This document shows, in pieces, positions 1 through 7,841 of a stretch of DNA of 20,614 nucleotides; within the stretch, counting starts at the first letter, position 1; each line of letters opens with the position of its first letter. The stretch spans positions 1 through 20,614 of the forward strand of contig LRSL01000046.1 in NCBI GenBank assembly GCA_001563335.1. The letters are read 5' to 3'. The DNA is from Candidatus Thorarchaeota archaeon SMTZ1-45. GTDB lineage: Archaea; Asgardarchaeota; Thorarchaeia; Thorarchaeales; Thorarchaeaceae. The position numbers and the translations under genes are program-made. The notes below the pieces were generated by a model. The model had not been told where the DNA came from. It saw only the letters and a program-made list of their open reading frames with translations, and did not search any database.

Positions 1-223
1 AAAACGTCCGCACATGTTTCTGCACCAAGTTTCTTTTACTATAAGAGTTGAGGAATGGTCGTTTTTCTAAACTATAGTGAATCACTTATTGCTGACATTA
101 ATATGCTTATGCGGCATAATCAGTATATTGCGAGGGAGATTGAAAACACTACTCACTGACAATCAGCTCTAAACTGCATATTAATCCTAGATGTCGTTCT
201 TCGCAGATTAGGAGTGGTATCCA

Positions 224-1933
224 TTGTCATTAATGAGTAAAATATCCAAATGTGCGGCATCTCTGATTCTAGTCTTACTAGTGCTGAGTATGATGCCAAA
301 TGTGCTACTCGATTGCACCAGCTTAAATGTAGTAAAAAACTCGAAAAATTCAGAGAAGATCATCGCAAATGAACCTCATGGTCCTATAGTTATTAATGGA
401 GATGCAAATTTCACTTCTACTGCATTAGCTGAGGGCTGGACTGGGACTGGTTCTGTTCAGGAACCATATATCATCGAGAATTATGATTTCGTGCTTGGTT
501 TTACTCCAATCTCTAGTGTCAATATTAGTCATACTCAATCGCATTTTATCATCCGTAACTGCAATTTCCAAGGTCCCTTGGCAACCCCTTCATATGGGAT
601 ATTTCTTGATAATGTGACAAACGCTCAAATCATTGACAATGTCGTAACGGGCTATTCACACGCTGTAACCATCCCAATTACTTCTTCAAACATATTCGCG
701 TCAGGGAATAATTGCAGTTTCAATTCATATGGGATATATCTTCATGACTCAGAAGATAGCACAGTCATTAACAATATTTGCAATGGCAATTTCTTCTATG
801 GCATATTCCTTCATACATGTGAGTCCAGTTCAGTAATTAATAACATATGTAATGAAGATCCGATGGCAGGTATCTATATCTACAATTGCAGTTTTAACAC
901 TGTGTCTGGTAACACATGCAATGACAGCGATTTTGGCATATACCTTCAAGAACGTGGTTCACATGTTGTAACTAGCAATCTATGCGCTAACAACTCCAAT
1001 TGCGGATTTTTCTTCGATAATTGCGACTTGAATACTATTGCTAACAACACATCCATAGACAATACAATGTATGGTATTACCTTACAAAATATGGCCGACT
1101 TCAACAATGTTCAGTGGAATGCTTTAATCAATAATCCTGGAGATGATGCATCTGATTTCTCAAGTGGGAATGTCTTCACCTACAACTATTACTCCGATTA
1201 TAGTGGAGTAGATGCCAATCAAGACTACATTGGGGACACATCGCACACATTCCTCTTCAATTCTGATTCTTATCCATTAATGTACGTTCCATTTGCTCCA
1301 GAATGGGTTACTATCCCTAAGGATCAGATTATCGAGTTTGGAAATAACTTTGAGTACAATTTTCAATTTCTTACTTTGGAGCCTAGTGCTCCGTATGAAC
1401 TCCACGTGAATGACTCTGCAAATTTTGTAGTCATTAATGATGAAATGATTCAGAGTAGAATAACACTTCCCGTTGGTGATTATCCACTTGATGTGAATAC
1501 CACCAATGCTTATGGCTATTATACCAAAGAGATCTTTACGCTGGCTGTTCGAGATACAACTCCCCCAATTATCACTCATCCCGATGACATTACAATCACT
1601 GTAGGTGATGAAGGTCCACAGCTGGAATGGACACTATCAGACCTTAGCCCGCTTATTTATAGCCTTCTTAGAAATGGAACCGAAATTTCCTCGAGTACCG
1701 TACCCACGACAGCTGTGTATTTCTCAACTACCATTGAAACCTATACATCTGGTGTTTATAATTATACAATGGTCGGTGTCGATATTTGGGGGAATGTAGC
1801 TACTGATATGGTTCTTGTTGCAATACAGCCAATACCATTCATAGATGCAATGCTACCATGGCTATTAGTAGGTGTCATTGGTACTGTGGTCGCTATTGTT
1901 ATAGTCATTACAATCAGAAAACGGAGGAAATAG
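224..1933 (+). CDS. Membrane-anchored surface protein with right-handed parallel beta-helix (NosD/CASH-like) repeats and a C-terminal Ig/HYR-like domain
   Basis: Hydrophobic N-terminal signal (ASLILVLLVLSMMP); HGPIVINGDANF...GTGSVQEPYIIENY cap; repeated GIxL...NxxxNN beta-helix rungs; DTTPPIITHPDD...GVYNYT...DIWGN Ig-like module; C-terminal TM helix (WLLVGVIGTVVAIVIVITI) followed by RKRRK. The start could be TTG 224 (GGAGTGG at 211-217) or ATG 233. Confidence 0.85.
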   Translation: MSLMSKISKCAASLILVLLVLSMMPNVLLDCTSLNVVKNSKNSEKIIANEPHGPIVINGDANFTSTALAEGWTGTGSVQEPYIIENYDFVLGFTPISSVNISHTQSHFIIRNCNFQGPLATPSYGIFLDNVTNAQIIDNVVTGYSHAVTIPITSSNIFASGNNCSFNSYGIYLHDSEDSTVINNICNGNFFYGIFLHTCESSSVINNICNEDPMAGIYIYNCSFNTVSGNTCNDSDFGIYLQERGSHVVTSNLCANNSNCGFFFDNCDLNTIANNTSIDNTMYGITLQNMADFNNVQWNALINNPGDDASDFSSGNVFTYNYYSDYSGVDANQDYIGDTSHTFLFNSDSYPLMYVPFAPEWVTIPKDQIIEFGNNFEYNFQFLTLEPSAPYELHVNDSANFVVINDEMIQSRITLPVGDYPLDVNTTNAYGYYTKEIFTLAVRDTTPPIITHPDDITITVGDEGPQLEWTLSDLSPLIYSLLRNGTEISSSTVPTTAVYFSTTIETYTSGVYNYTMVGVDIWGNVATDMVLVAIQPIPFIDAMLPWLLVGVIGTVVAIVIVITIRKRRK

Positions 1934-1981
1934 TGGTCAAAATATATGCGGGTTCATAATTATACATTGAGGGCATTTATC

Positions 1982-2659
1982 ATGACAGAGTGGCTAGAAT
2001 ATACAATTGATTGGGGGTACTGGATAAACCCCGATACCTTTCGAACTCCACGAATCAAAAAATCCGTGAGAGTGGGAGCTGTTGTCTTTCTAAAGGGCCG
2101 TGAAACCTTGGCTGATGGCCGTCAGATAATTGTCACCACCTATGGTGTCGCAGGCAAGTCTGGAATAAAAGAGTTGAGCAAGAAGGAGGTTAGCTCAGTC
2201 CTAGCTTCTCAAATACTCGATTTCATGAGGACCAATAAGATGTATCCTCCAAAGACTAAGATGAAAAAGTCATATGCCAATGGGAATGTCAACCTAGACT
2301 ACTCTCCCACTGACTATGACTCATTTACAATAAATTTGACACCTAAAATGGTGGGTGGTGATGTGGAAGATTTTCTTTATGACCTAAATCCATTCAAAGA
2401 GGAGGTATCAGAAGATCATGACGCTTGGAGGGTTGAGTTGACTAAATCAAGTAGGTCTACATGCAGGACTTGCTCCAAAGCGATTCAGATAGGTGAGATA
2501 CGATTGGGTGAACCAACAATCTTCGACGGATATGTCAGTTATAGGTGGCATCATCTCAAGTGTGCAGCTCATCTTATTAGAGATACAAAACTCGATACGC
2601 TCGAGGGATACGAAGAACTCTCTCGAGAAGAGAAAGAACAACTGCAGAATGAAATATAG
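1982..2659 (+). CDS. PARP-type zinc finger (zf-PARP) protein with an uncharacterised N-terminal domain
   Basis: The C-terminal WRVELTKSSRSTCRTCSKAI...IRLG...FDGYVSYRWHHLKC...LEGYEELSREEKEQL follows the PARP1/DNA ligase III finger pattern (E-x-x-K-S-x-R-x-x-C-x2-C ... W-x-H-x2-C ... G-x-x-x-L). The ORF track starts at 1946; in-frame ATG 1982 is chosen tentatively. Confidence 0.8.
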   Translation: MTEWLEYTIDWGYWINPDTFRTPRIKKSVRVGAVVFLKGRETLADGRQIIVTTYGVAGKSGIKELSKKEVSSVLASQILDFMRTNKMYPPKTKMKKSYANGNVNLDYSPTDYDSFTINLTPKMVGGDVEDFLYDLNPFKEEVSEDHDAWRVELTKSSRSTCRTCSKAIQIGEIRLGEPTIFDGYVSYRWHHLKCAAHLIRDTKLDTLEGYEELSREEKEQLQNEI

Positions 2660-2702
2660 TGCAACCTATGTGCATTGATTTTCCATTCGTCATGTTATAA
2701 GA

Positions 2703-2879
2703 TTAGGAACTCGATTGCATACCTCTCTTGTCATGGATATAGATACTCAGTTGCGTGCCTCCTCTGTTCCTGAGAACATGTGCCGAAACCTCAACATCGA
2801 AACCAATGGTGCCATCTCGGGTCTCTATGTCCGTGACCATGAGAATTGCTTTCTCAATTGGTATTTTTAGACTCGTCAT
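2703..2879 (-). CDS. Small hypothetical protein (58 aa), weak AbrB/MazE-like beta-hairpin resemblance
   Basis: The ATG at 2879 is preceded on the minus strand by GAGGTGA, a good archaeal SD, which supports a real gene. The segment HVLRNRGGTQLSIYI is reminiscent of an AbrB-type hairpin. Confidence 0.45.
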   Translation of the reverse strand: MTSLKIPIEKAILMVTDIETRDGTIGFDVEVSAHVLRNRGGTQLSIYIHDKRGMQSSS

Positions 2880-2904
2880 CTCTTCACCTCGTCTCCTCAA
2901 ACAA

Positions 2905-2951
2905 ACATAATCATGTAATAGTATTACATATTACATTAATAAGTATTATGT
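2905..2951. promoter_or_regulatory. Palindromic/direct-repeat AT-rich element, candidate transcription-factor operator
   Basis: Perfect inverted repeat ATGTAATA-G-TATTACAT (2913-2929), a second TATTACAT copy (2929-2936), and outer inverted arms ACATAAT (2905-2911)/ATTATGT (2945-2951), all in the divergent intergenic region. Confidence 0.45.
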
Positions 2952-3017
2952 ATGTGGTTTTTAGTGCGTATATTCGCAGAAAGCAGAACTAAGGAGAAGA
3001 CAGAACGCTAGTTAGAA

Positions 3018-3056
3018 ATCTCCAAATAGGTCATATATTGGAGATAATGATGACCT
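3018..3056. promoter_or_regulatory. Two interlocked inverted repeats upstream of the carboxyltransferase operon
   Basis: ATCTCCAA (3018-3025)/TTGGAGAT (3038-3045) and AGGTCAT (3028-3034)/ATGACCT (3050-3056); a TATA-like TTATAT follows at 3064-3069. Confidence 0.35.
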
Positions 3057-3130
3057 TTCTTGGTTATATCAAGATTGAATCACATCAGAACTACTAAATA
3101 CATCATCAACAATGTTTAGGATGGCTAGCC

Positions 3131-4711
3131 ATGACCAAACTAATGATTACTGACACTGTTCTACGAGACGCACACCAATCCCTTCTCGCAACAAGAATGC
3201 GTACAGAGGATATGATTCCAATTTGTGAGAAACTTGACAAGGTTGGATACTGGTCCCTTGAGATGTTCGGTGGGGCTACCTTTGATTCCATGATGCGATT
3301 CCTTGATGAAGATCCATGGGAGAGACTTGAGGCTCTTCGAGAGGCAATGCCAAATACTCGTCTCCAGATGCTCCTCAGAGCTCAGAATGTAGTAGGCTAC
3401 CGTCACTATGCAGATGATGTCCTCGAAGCCTTTGTTATCGAAGCAGTAAAGGCTGGACTTGATGTCTTTAGAATCTTTGATGCACTCAACGACGTTCGTA
3501 ATATGGAAGCTGCAATCAAATTCGTCAATCGTGAGGGTGGTCATGTTCAAGCAAGTTTCTGCTATACCTTGAGTCCCTTTCACACAAACGAGAAGTTCGT
3601 TGAAATGGCTAAGATACTATATTCATTGGATGCTGATTCAATATGCATCAAAGACATGGCGGGGCTCATTTCTCCAGAAGCTGCATTTGATCTAGTAACC
3701 AAACTCAAGGATGAACTTGACATTCCTATCCAGCTCCACTCACACTATACAAGCGGGATGGCAGCCATGGCCTACCTTAAAGCTGCTGAAGCTGGAGTTG
3801 ATGTAGTAGATTGTGCAATTTCTGCTCTCTCAATGGCAACATCGCAACCCGCCACTGAGTCTATTGTTGAAGCCTTAAAGGGTAACAAACGTGACACTGG
3901 ACTTGACATCAAGCTTCTATCTGAGATTGCATCTTACTTTAGAAGAATCCGAAGGAAGTATGGTCAGTTTGAAGGAAGTCTGCAGGGTGTTGATCCACAG
4001 GTCCTTGTCTTTCAGATTCCTGGTGGCATGTTGTCAAATCTGGACAATCAGCTCCGAGAGCAAGGAGCACTCGACCGATATGATGAGGTTCTCAAAGAAG
4101 TACCCAGGGTAAGAGCTGAGTTGGGTTATCCTCCCCTAGTGACACCCTCGAGCCAGATTGTCGGAACACAGGCTACACTTAACGTGATCACAGGAGAGAG
4201 ATACAGCATGATTCCCACAGAAGTAAAACAATACATTCGTGGGTATTATGGTAGACCTCCTGCTGAGATTGATCCAGAGGTGAAGAAGAAAGCTATAGGC
4301 GATGAGGAACCATTAGACTGTAGACCTGCAGATATGTTAGAGCCAGAATTACCTGCTGCTCGAGAAGCACTGAAGGATATCCCACATGTTCCAAGAGATC
4401 TTGTTTCATATGCTCTCTATCCGCAATATGCTCTTGACTTCCTCAAACGTAAAGCTCAGCGAATGAGTCGAGGCATTATGACCACTGAACTTCAGGTTGC
4501 GATTGCTGCTGCTGTTCTTCATATGAATGGAACTGGACCAGAAGCTCTAGCTTCTAGTGTCGGTCGAGCTCAGACATGGGGTGATGTTGGAAGAACTGAT
4601 CTTGTCGAGAGCAGAACTATCCAACATAGTCCAGGACAATGGGATCGGTCAAAATCTGCTTGGTCATCTGCAGGTCGCAAGGATATTATGCGTGGAAGAA
4701 GTAGGGTGTGA
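3131..4711 (+). CDS. pycB: Pyruvate/oxaloacetate carboxyltransferase (pyruvate carboxylase subunit B / oxaloacetate decarboxylase alpha / transcarboxylase 5S family) without a fused biotinyl domain
   Basis: Family motifs LRDAHQSLLATR, GGATFD, EDPWERL, FRIFDALND, IKDMAG, HSH metal ligands, QIPGGM and YPPLVTPSSQIVG; no EAMKM motif in this chain. Confidence 0.92.
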   Translation: MTKLMITDTVLRDAHQSLLATRMRTEDMIPICEKLDKVGYWSLEMFGGATFDSMMRFLDEDPWERLEALREAMPNTRLQMLLRAQNVVGYRHYADDVLEAFVIEAVKAGLDVFRIFDALNDVRNMEAAIKFVNREGGHVQASFCYTLSPFHTNEKFVEMAKILYSLDADSICIKDMAGLISPEAAFDLVTKLKDELDIPIQLHSHYTSGMAAMAYLKAAEAGVDVVDCAISALSMATSQPATESIVEALKGNKRDTGLDIKLLSEIASYFRRIRRKYGQFEGSLQGVDPQVLVFQIPGGMLSNLDNQLREQGALDRYDEVLKEVPRVRAELGYPPLVTPSSQIVGTQATLNVITGERYSMIPTEVKQYIRGYYGRPPAEIDPEVKKKAIGDEEPLDCRPADMLEPELPAAREALKDIPHVPRDLVSYALYPQYALDFLKRKAQRMSRGIMTTELQVAIAAAVLHMNGTGPEALASSVGRAQTWGDVGRTDLVESRTIQHSPGQWDRSKSAWSSAGRKDIMRGRSRV

Positions 4712-4715
4712 TGGA

Positions 4716-5240
4716 ATGAGTCCAGAGTACAAGGTAACACTGGATGAGAAACCCTTCGAAGTCGATGTGAAGATGCTGGATGAAGGTGGACTACTTGTCA
4801 TCACTGTTGGCGACCAAAGCTTTACTATGAAACCCACTATGACAGAGGATGGTAATTGGATTGTCAACGATACAGCAATCGATTACTCGGTCAAGATTCT
4901 CAAGAAGACTGGAAAAGCCATTACTCTGGAGATAAATGACGAAGAACGTGTTGTTGAGTGGGAGAGAGTACGGAAACAAGATGCCGCGAAAAGTACAGCC
5001 AGTGCATCAAAGGGAGGACTGAGGGTTTCCGGTGGGGTTTATCCTCCAATGCCTGGGAAAATCACTGAAGTCCGTGTAAAGCAAGGCGATTCTGTTAAGA
5101 AAGGCCAGACAGTCTGTATTCTTGAAGCAATGAAAATGTTTAACGAATTGAAAACAAGTGCCTCTGGGACAGTGAAAGAGGTAAATGTTGAAATTGGGAC
5201 AATGGTGACTCCTGACGATTTACTTGTACTCATCGAGTGA
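4716..5240 (+). CDS. Biotin carboxyl carrier protein (174 aa)
   Basis: PPMPGKI...V..GDSVKKGQTVCILEAMKMFNE biotinylation motif; N-terminal beta-rich domain (YKVTLDEKPFEVDV). The real start is probably ATG 4716, 4 nt after the pycB stop; the track's 4557 start is an overlapping extension. Confidence 0.92.
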   Translation: MSPEYKVTLDEKPFEVDVKMLDEGGLLVITVGDQSFTMKPTMTEDGNWIVNDTAIDYSVKILKKTGKAITLEINDEERVVEWERVRKQDAAKSTASASKGGLRVSGGVYPPMPGKITEVRVKQGDSVKKGQTVCILEAMKMFNELKTSASGTVKEVNVEIGTMVTPDDLLVLIE

Positions 5241-5252
5241 GGTAGGAATGCA

Positions 5253-6419
5253 ATGGAACCAGTGAATGTCATTGGTGCTGGAATGACTTCGTTTGGTATT
5301 CTTGATGATTCGCTGATACAACTCGCTGAACAAGCCTCATTCAACGCAATGAGTGATTCACAGACTTTGGACCTATCTTTTGATCACCTTGTCATTGGCT
5401 CTCAAAATCCTGATGAGTTTGTCAATATAGGTCATTTATCAACACTCCTTGCTGACCGACTAGGAATGGTTCCCGCTGGAGCAACTCGCGTTGAAACTGG
5501 TCCATCATCTGGCTCTAGTGCATTCGAAGCAGCCTTCACGATGATTGCTTCTGGGCATTCCGACCTTGTTCTAGTGATTGGGGTAGAGAAGATGTCAGAG
5601 GTTGACCGTGGGATAGCTTCCAAAATTCTTGCCAAGATGATGTCCATTGAGAACGAAACTCGCTATGGAGCCACACCCTCTGCATTAGCTGCCATGGTTG
5701 CACGACGTTACATGCATGATTATAGACTTACACGCGATGAGTTATCATTGGTTCCTGTTAAAGCCCATAAGAATGGAGCTAAGAATCCCCTTGCCCACTT
5801 TCAAAAAGAAGTCACTTTAGAGAATGTCAATAATGCAAGGGTTGTTGCAGATCCACTTACCCTGTTCGATTGTTGTCCAACAAGCGATGGAGCTGCATCA
5901 GTCGTATTAGCCTCTGACAGAATGGTGAGCGACCTCGGACTATCGGACCAAGCTGTTCGAGTTCTAGGTGTTGGACATGGAACAGACTATCATGCAGTTC
6001 AACACAGACTATCTCTTACTTCATTCGGAGCGACAATCGCTGCTGCTGAGAGAGCGTTTTCCATGGCTAAGGTTGAAGCCAAAGACATTGATGTATGTGA
6101 ATTACATGACGCATTCTCCATTCTTGAGTTAATAAACATGGAAGACATTGGGATTACAGAACGTGGACATGCTATCGATTTGGTGAAAGACGGATCCACT
6201 GAGGTCGATGGACAGATTCCAGTCAATACAACTGGTGGTCTCAAAGCTAGAGGACATCCTACAGGAGGAACTGGCGTAGCACAGATTCATGATATATATT
6301 GTCAACTCATGCAGAAGGCGCCGAAAGACTTGCAGGTCAGCTCTCCAGTTTTCGGACTTACCCAGAACATTGGTGGATTTGGCAACAACATGGTGGTAGG
6401 ACTCTTTTCTGCTCCATAA
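5253..6419 (+). CDS. Archaeal/SCP2-type thiolase-fold protein with non-canonical active site
   Basis: VIGAGMTSFG, GVEKM, NPLAHFQKE, DCCPTSDGAA, ELHDAF, VNTTGGLKARGHPTGGTG and NIGG motifs; GAGGTAGG RBS upstream. The nucleophile loop reads VETGPSSG instead of the usual VExACASG. Confidence 0.9.
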   Translation: MEPVNVIGAGMTSFGILDDSLIQLAEQASFNAMSDSQTLDLSFDHLVIGSQNPDEFVNIGHLSTLLADRLGMVPAGATRVETGPSSGSSAFEAAFTMIASGHSDLVLVIGVEKMSEVDRGIASKILAKMMSIENETRYGATPSALAAMVARRYMHDYRLTRDELSLVPVKAHKNGAKNPLAHFQKEVTLENVNNARVVADPLTLFDCCPTSDGAASVVLASDRMVSDLGLSDQAVRVLGVGHGTDYHAVQHRLSLTSFGATIAAAERAFSMAKVEAKDIDVCELHDAFSILELINMEDIGITERGHAIDLVKDGSTEVDGQIPVNTTGGLKARGHPTGGTGVAQIHDIYCQLMQKAPKDLQVSSPVFGLTQNIGGFGNNMVVGLFSAP

Positions 6420-6674
6420 TCTGTCCTTCAATATTTCCTCAAACTATATTCATAAGATTCATCCAAGATTGTCTTATAAATTTCAGAATTTCCTCCTATC
6501 CTGTTAAGGTCTGGATATATGATATCAGAACGTAGCATCTCATAAAATCTCTGGGACTGAGTATGGATGCTGTGTGATGAGTCGTGATTTCAAACAAGGA
6601 AAAATGAGAGTCAAAAAGGCGTTTCCTTTAGTGTTGCAAAATCAGACCGATAAACCTCTGGAGAATAATTTGAT

Positions 6675-7841
6675 ATGCCCGAAGGTCTTGCTGTTTTGAA
6701 ATGGGATGATGAGCTTGGACCAGTAGTTACTTCAAAAACCCCTCAGAAATTGCAGATTGGCCTTGATCCTACAACATCAATGCGAGTCTATGGCATTGCT
6801 ACTCTTGGAGAAACTGAGGAGTCTCAGAAACCTGGTTTTAGTTCACTTGCTTTTAATGATTTCAAACTCGCTGTTTATTATGGCGGTCTTAACATGCATT
6901 TGAAAGGTCTACCATCAATGGTTTTCCTTGTACTCCAACCTGAGGAGGACTCAGATGTATACAAAGATGCATTACCAGAGATAGCCACTCAAATATTCCT
7001 CAATGCAGAAGATGACGAATACAAAGAGCTGGTACCTACGCTTTTCAAACAGATTACCAGATATACCCAAATGACGCCAGAACAAAGACAGGCATCGATT
7101 CTCAATGATCCTGTGAGAAGATCCATTGTCCAGACCCTGATGAAGAATGGAACTGTTTTGTCTACTGATCTTGAACAACTCATCTTTGAAGAAGTTGGAA
7201 AGAAGATAGATGTTGATATCATTCTGCGACCATTGGTAAAGATGGGATTAATCGCTACTGGGTGGGTAGAAGGCCTCTCTTCGGAGGTCATTTATCTGAC
7301 TCGAGCACTCTTTGTACTAAGGACCACCTCTCAAGATACAGTTCGAGCTGTCAGAAAGGGAAAGCTTCCAAAGGATGTCGCAGAACAATATCTTCAGACA
7401 TCAAGACGTTATCATAGAGATTATGTTGCTAGATTAAGGAAAGACCTCTTCGATACTATTTGGAAAGAAGCGGAAGAGCTTGCGAAGTGTATGTTAGACT
7501 TCGAAGCATATGACATAATCAGAGTTTTACGAGGTGGCCCACAAGAGAGTGAACATCTCCCTGTACTAGTTGAGCTTACTAAGGCTAAACTTAGGAAACA
7601 ACTCACCAGTTTGGAGAAGGCAAACATTGTAACGAGGATAAATGATGAAGATGGGCGTGAACATGTGATTCTTAAATGCAACCCTGAGGTTGTGACAGTC
7701 TATCCGGAATGGCTTATCCAAAGAACTGCTGACCTGTACAATGATGAAGAGATTGTGAGCAGGCAAGCAATGCATTATTTAGAGGTTCTAAAGAAGTCTC
7801 ATCCAAGTCAGGTTTCTAAAATGGCTGCGGAGGTGGTCTAA
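6675..7841 (+). CDS. Putative longin/uDENN-like N-terminal domain plus two winged-helix-like domains
   Basis: The N-terminus GLAVLKWDDELGPVVTSKTP fits the uDENN/NPR2-type (F/W)D/H-x-x-x-GP...P hairpin and is followed by a helix, three strands and helices in longin order. ILNDPVRRSIVQTL...ILRPLVKMGLI and AYDIIRVLRGGP...LRKQLTSLEKANIV look like winged-helix units. Confidence 0.6.
   Translation: MPEGLAVLKWDDELGPVVTSKTPQKLQIGLDPTTSMRVYGIATLGETEESQKPGFSSLAFNDFKLAVYYGGLNMHLKGLPSMVFLVLQPEEDSDVYKDALPEIATQIFLNAEDDEYKELVPTLFKQITRYTQMTPEQRQASILNDPVRRSIVQTLMKNGTVLSTDLEQLIFEEVGKKIDVDIILRPLVKMGLIATGWVEGLSSEVIYLTRALFVLRTTSQDTVRAVRKGKLPKDVAEQYLQTSRRYHRDYVARLRKDLFDTIWKEAEELAKCMLDFEAYDIIRVLRGGPQESEHLPVLVELTKAKLRKQLTSLEKANIVTRINDEDGREHVILKCNPEVVTVYPEWLIQRTADLYNDEEIVSRQAMHYLEVLKKSHPSQVSKMAAEVV
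7829..7836 (+). promoter_or_regulatory. Shine-Dalgarno site with stop-start junction (translational coupling)
   Basis: GGAGGTGG lies 5 nt before ATG 7842; the upstream gene's TAA (7839-7841) abuts the ATG. Confidence 0.75.

Noticed and set aside
3047-3110. ATGATGA and minus-strand TGATGA/CTGA as C/D-box sRNA elements
   Set aside because: No complete box set on either strand.
4557-4715. N-terminal extension of the BCCP ORF, and similar extensions at 15872-15922 and 18167-18277
   Set aside because: They overlap upstream genes; downstream starts at 4716, 15923 and 18278 fit coupling or SD positions better.
6530-6620. Possible C/D-box sRNA (CTGA at 6557-6560, GTGATGA at 6574-6580) and weak hairpin in the 255-nt intergenic region
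   Set aside because: Boxes are not in a complete C-D'-C'-D order; no terminal CTGA at the expected distance; the hairpin is imperfect.
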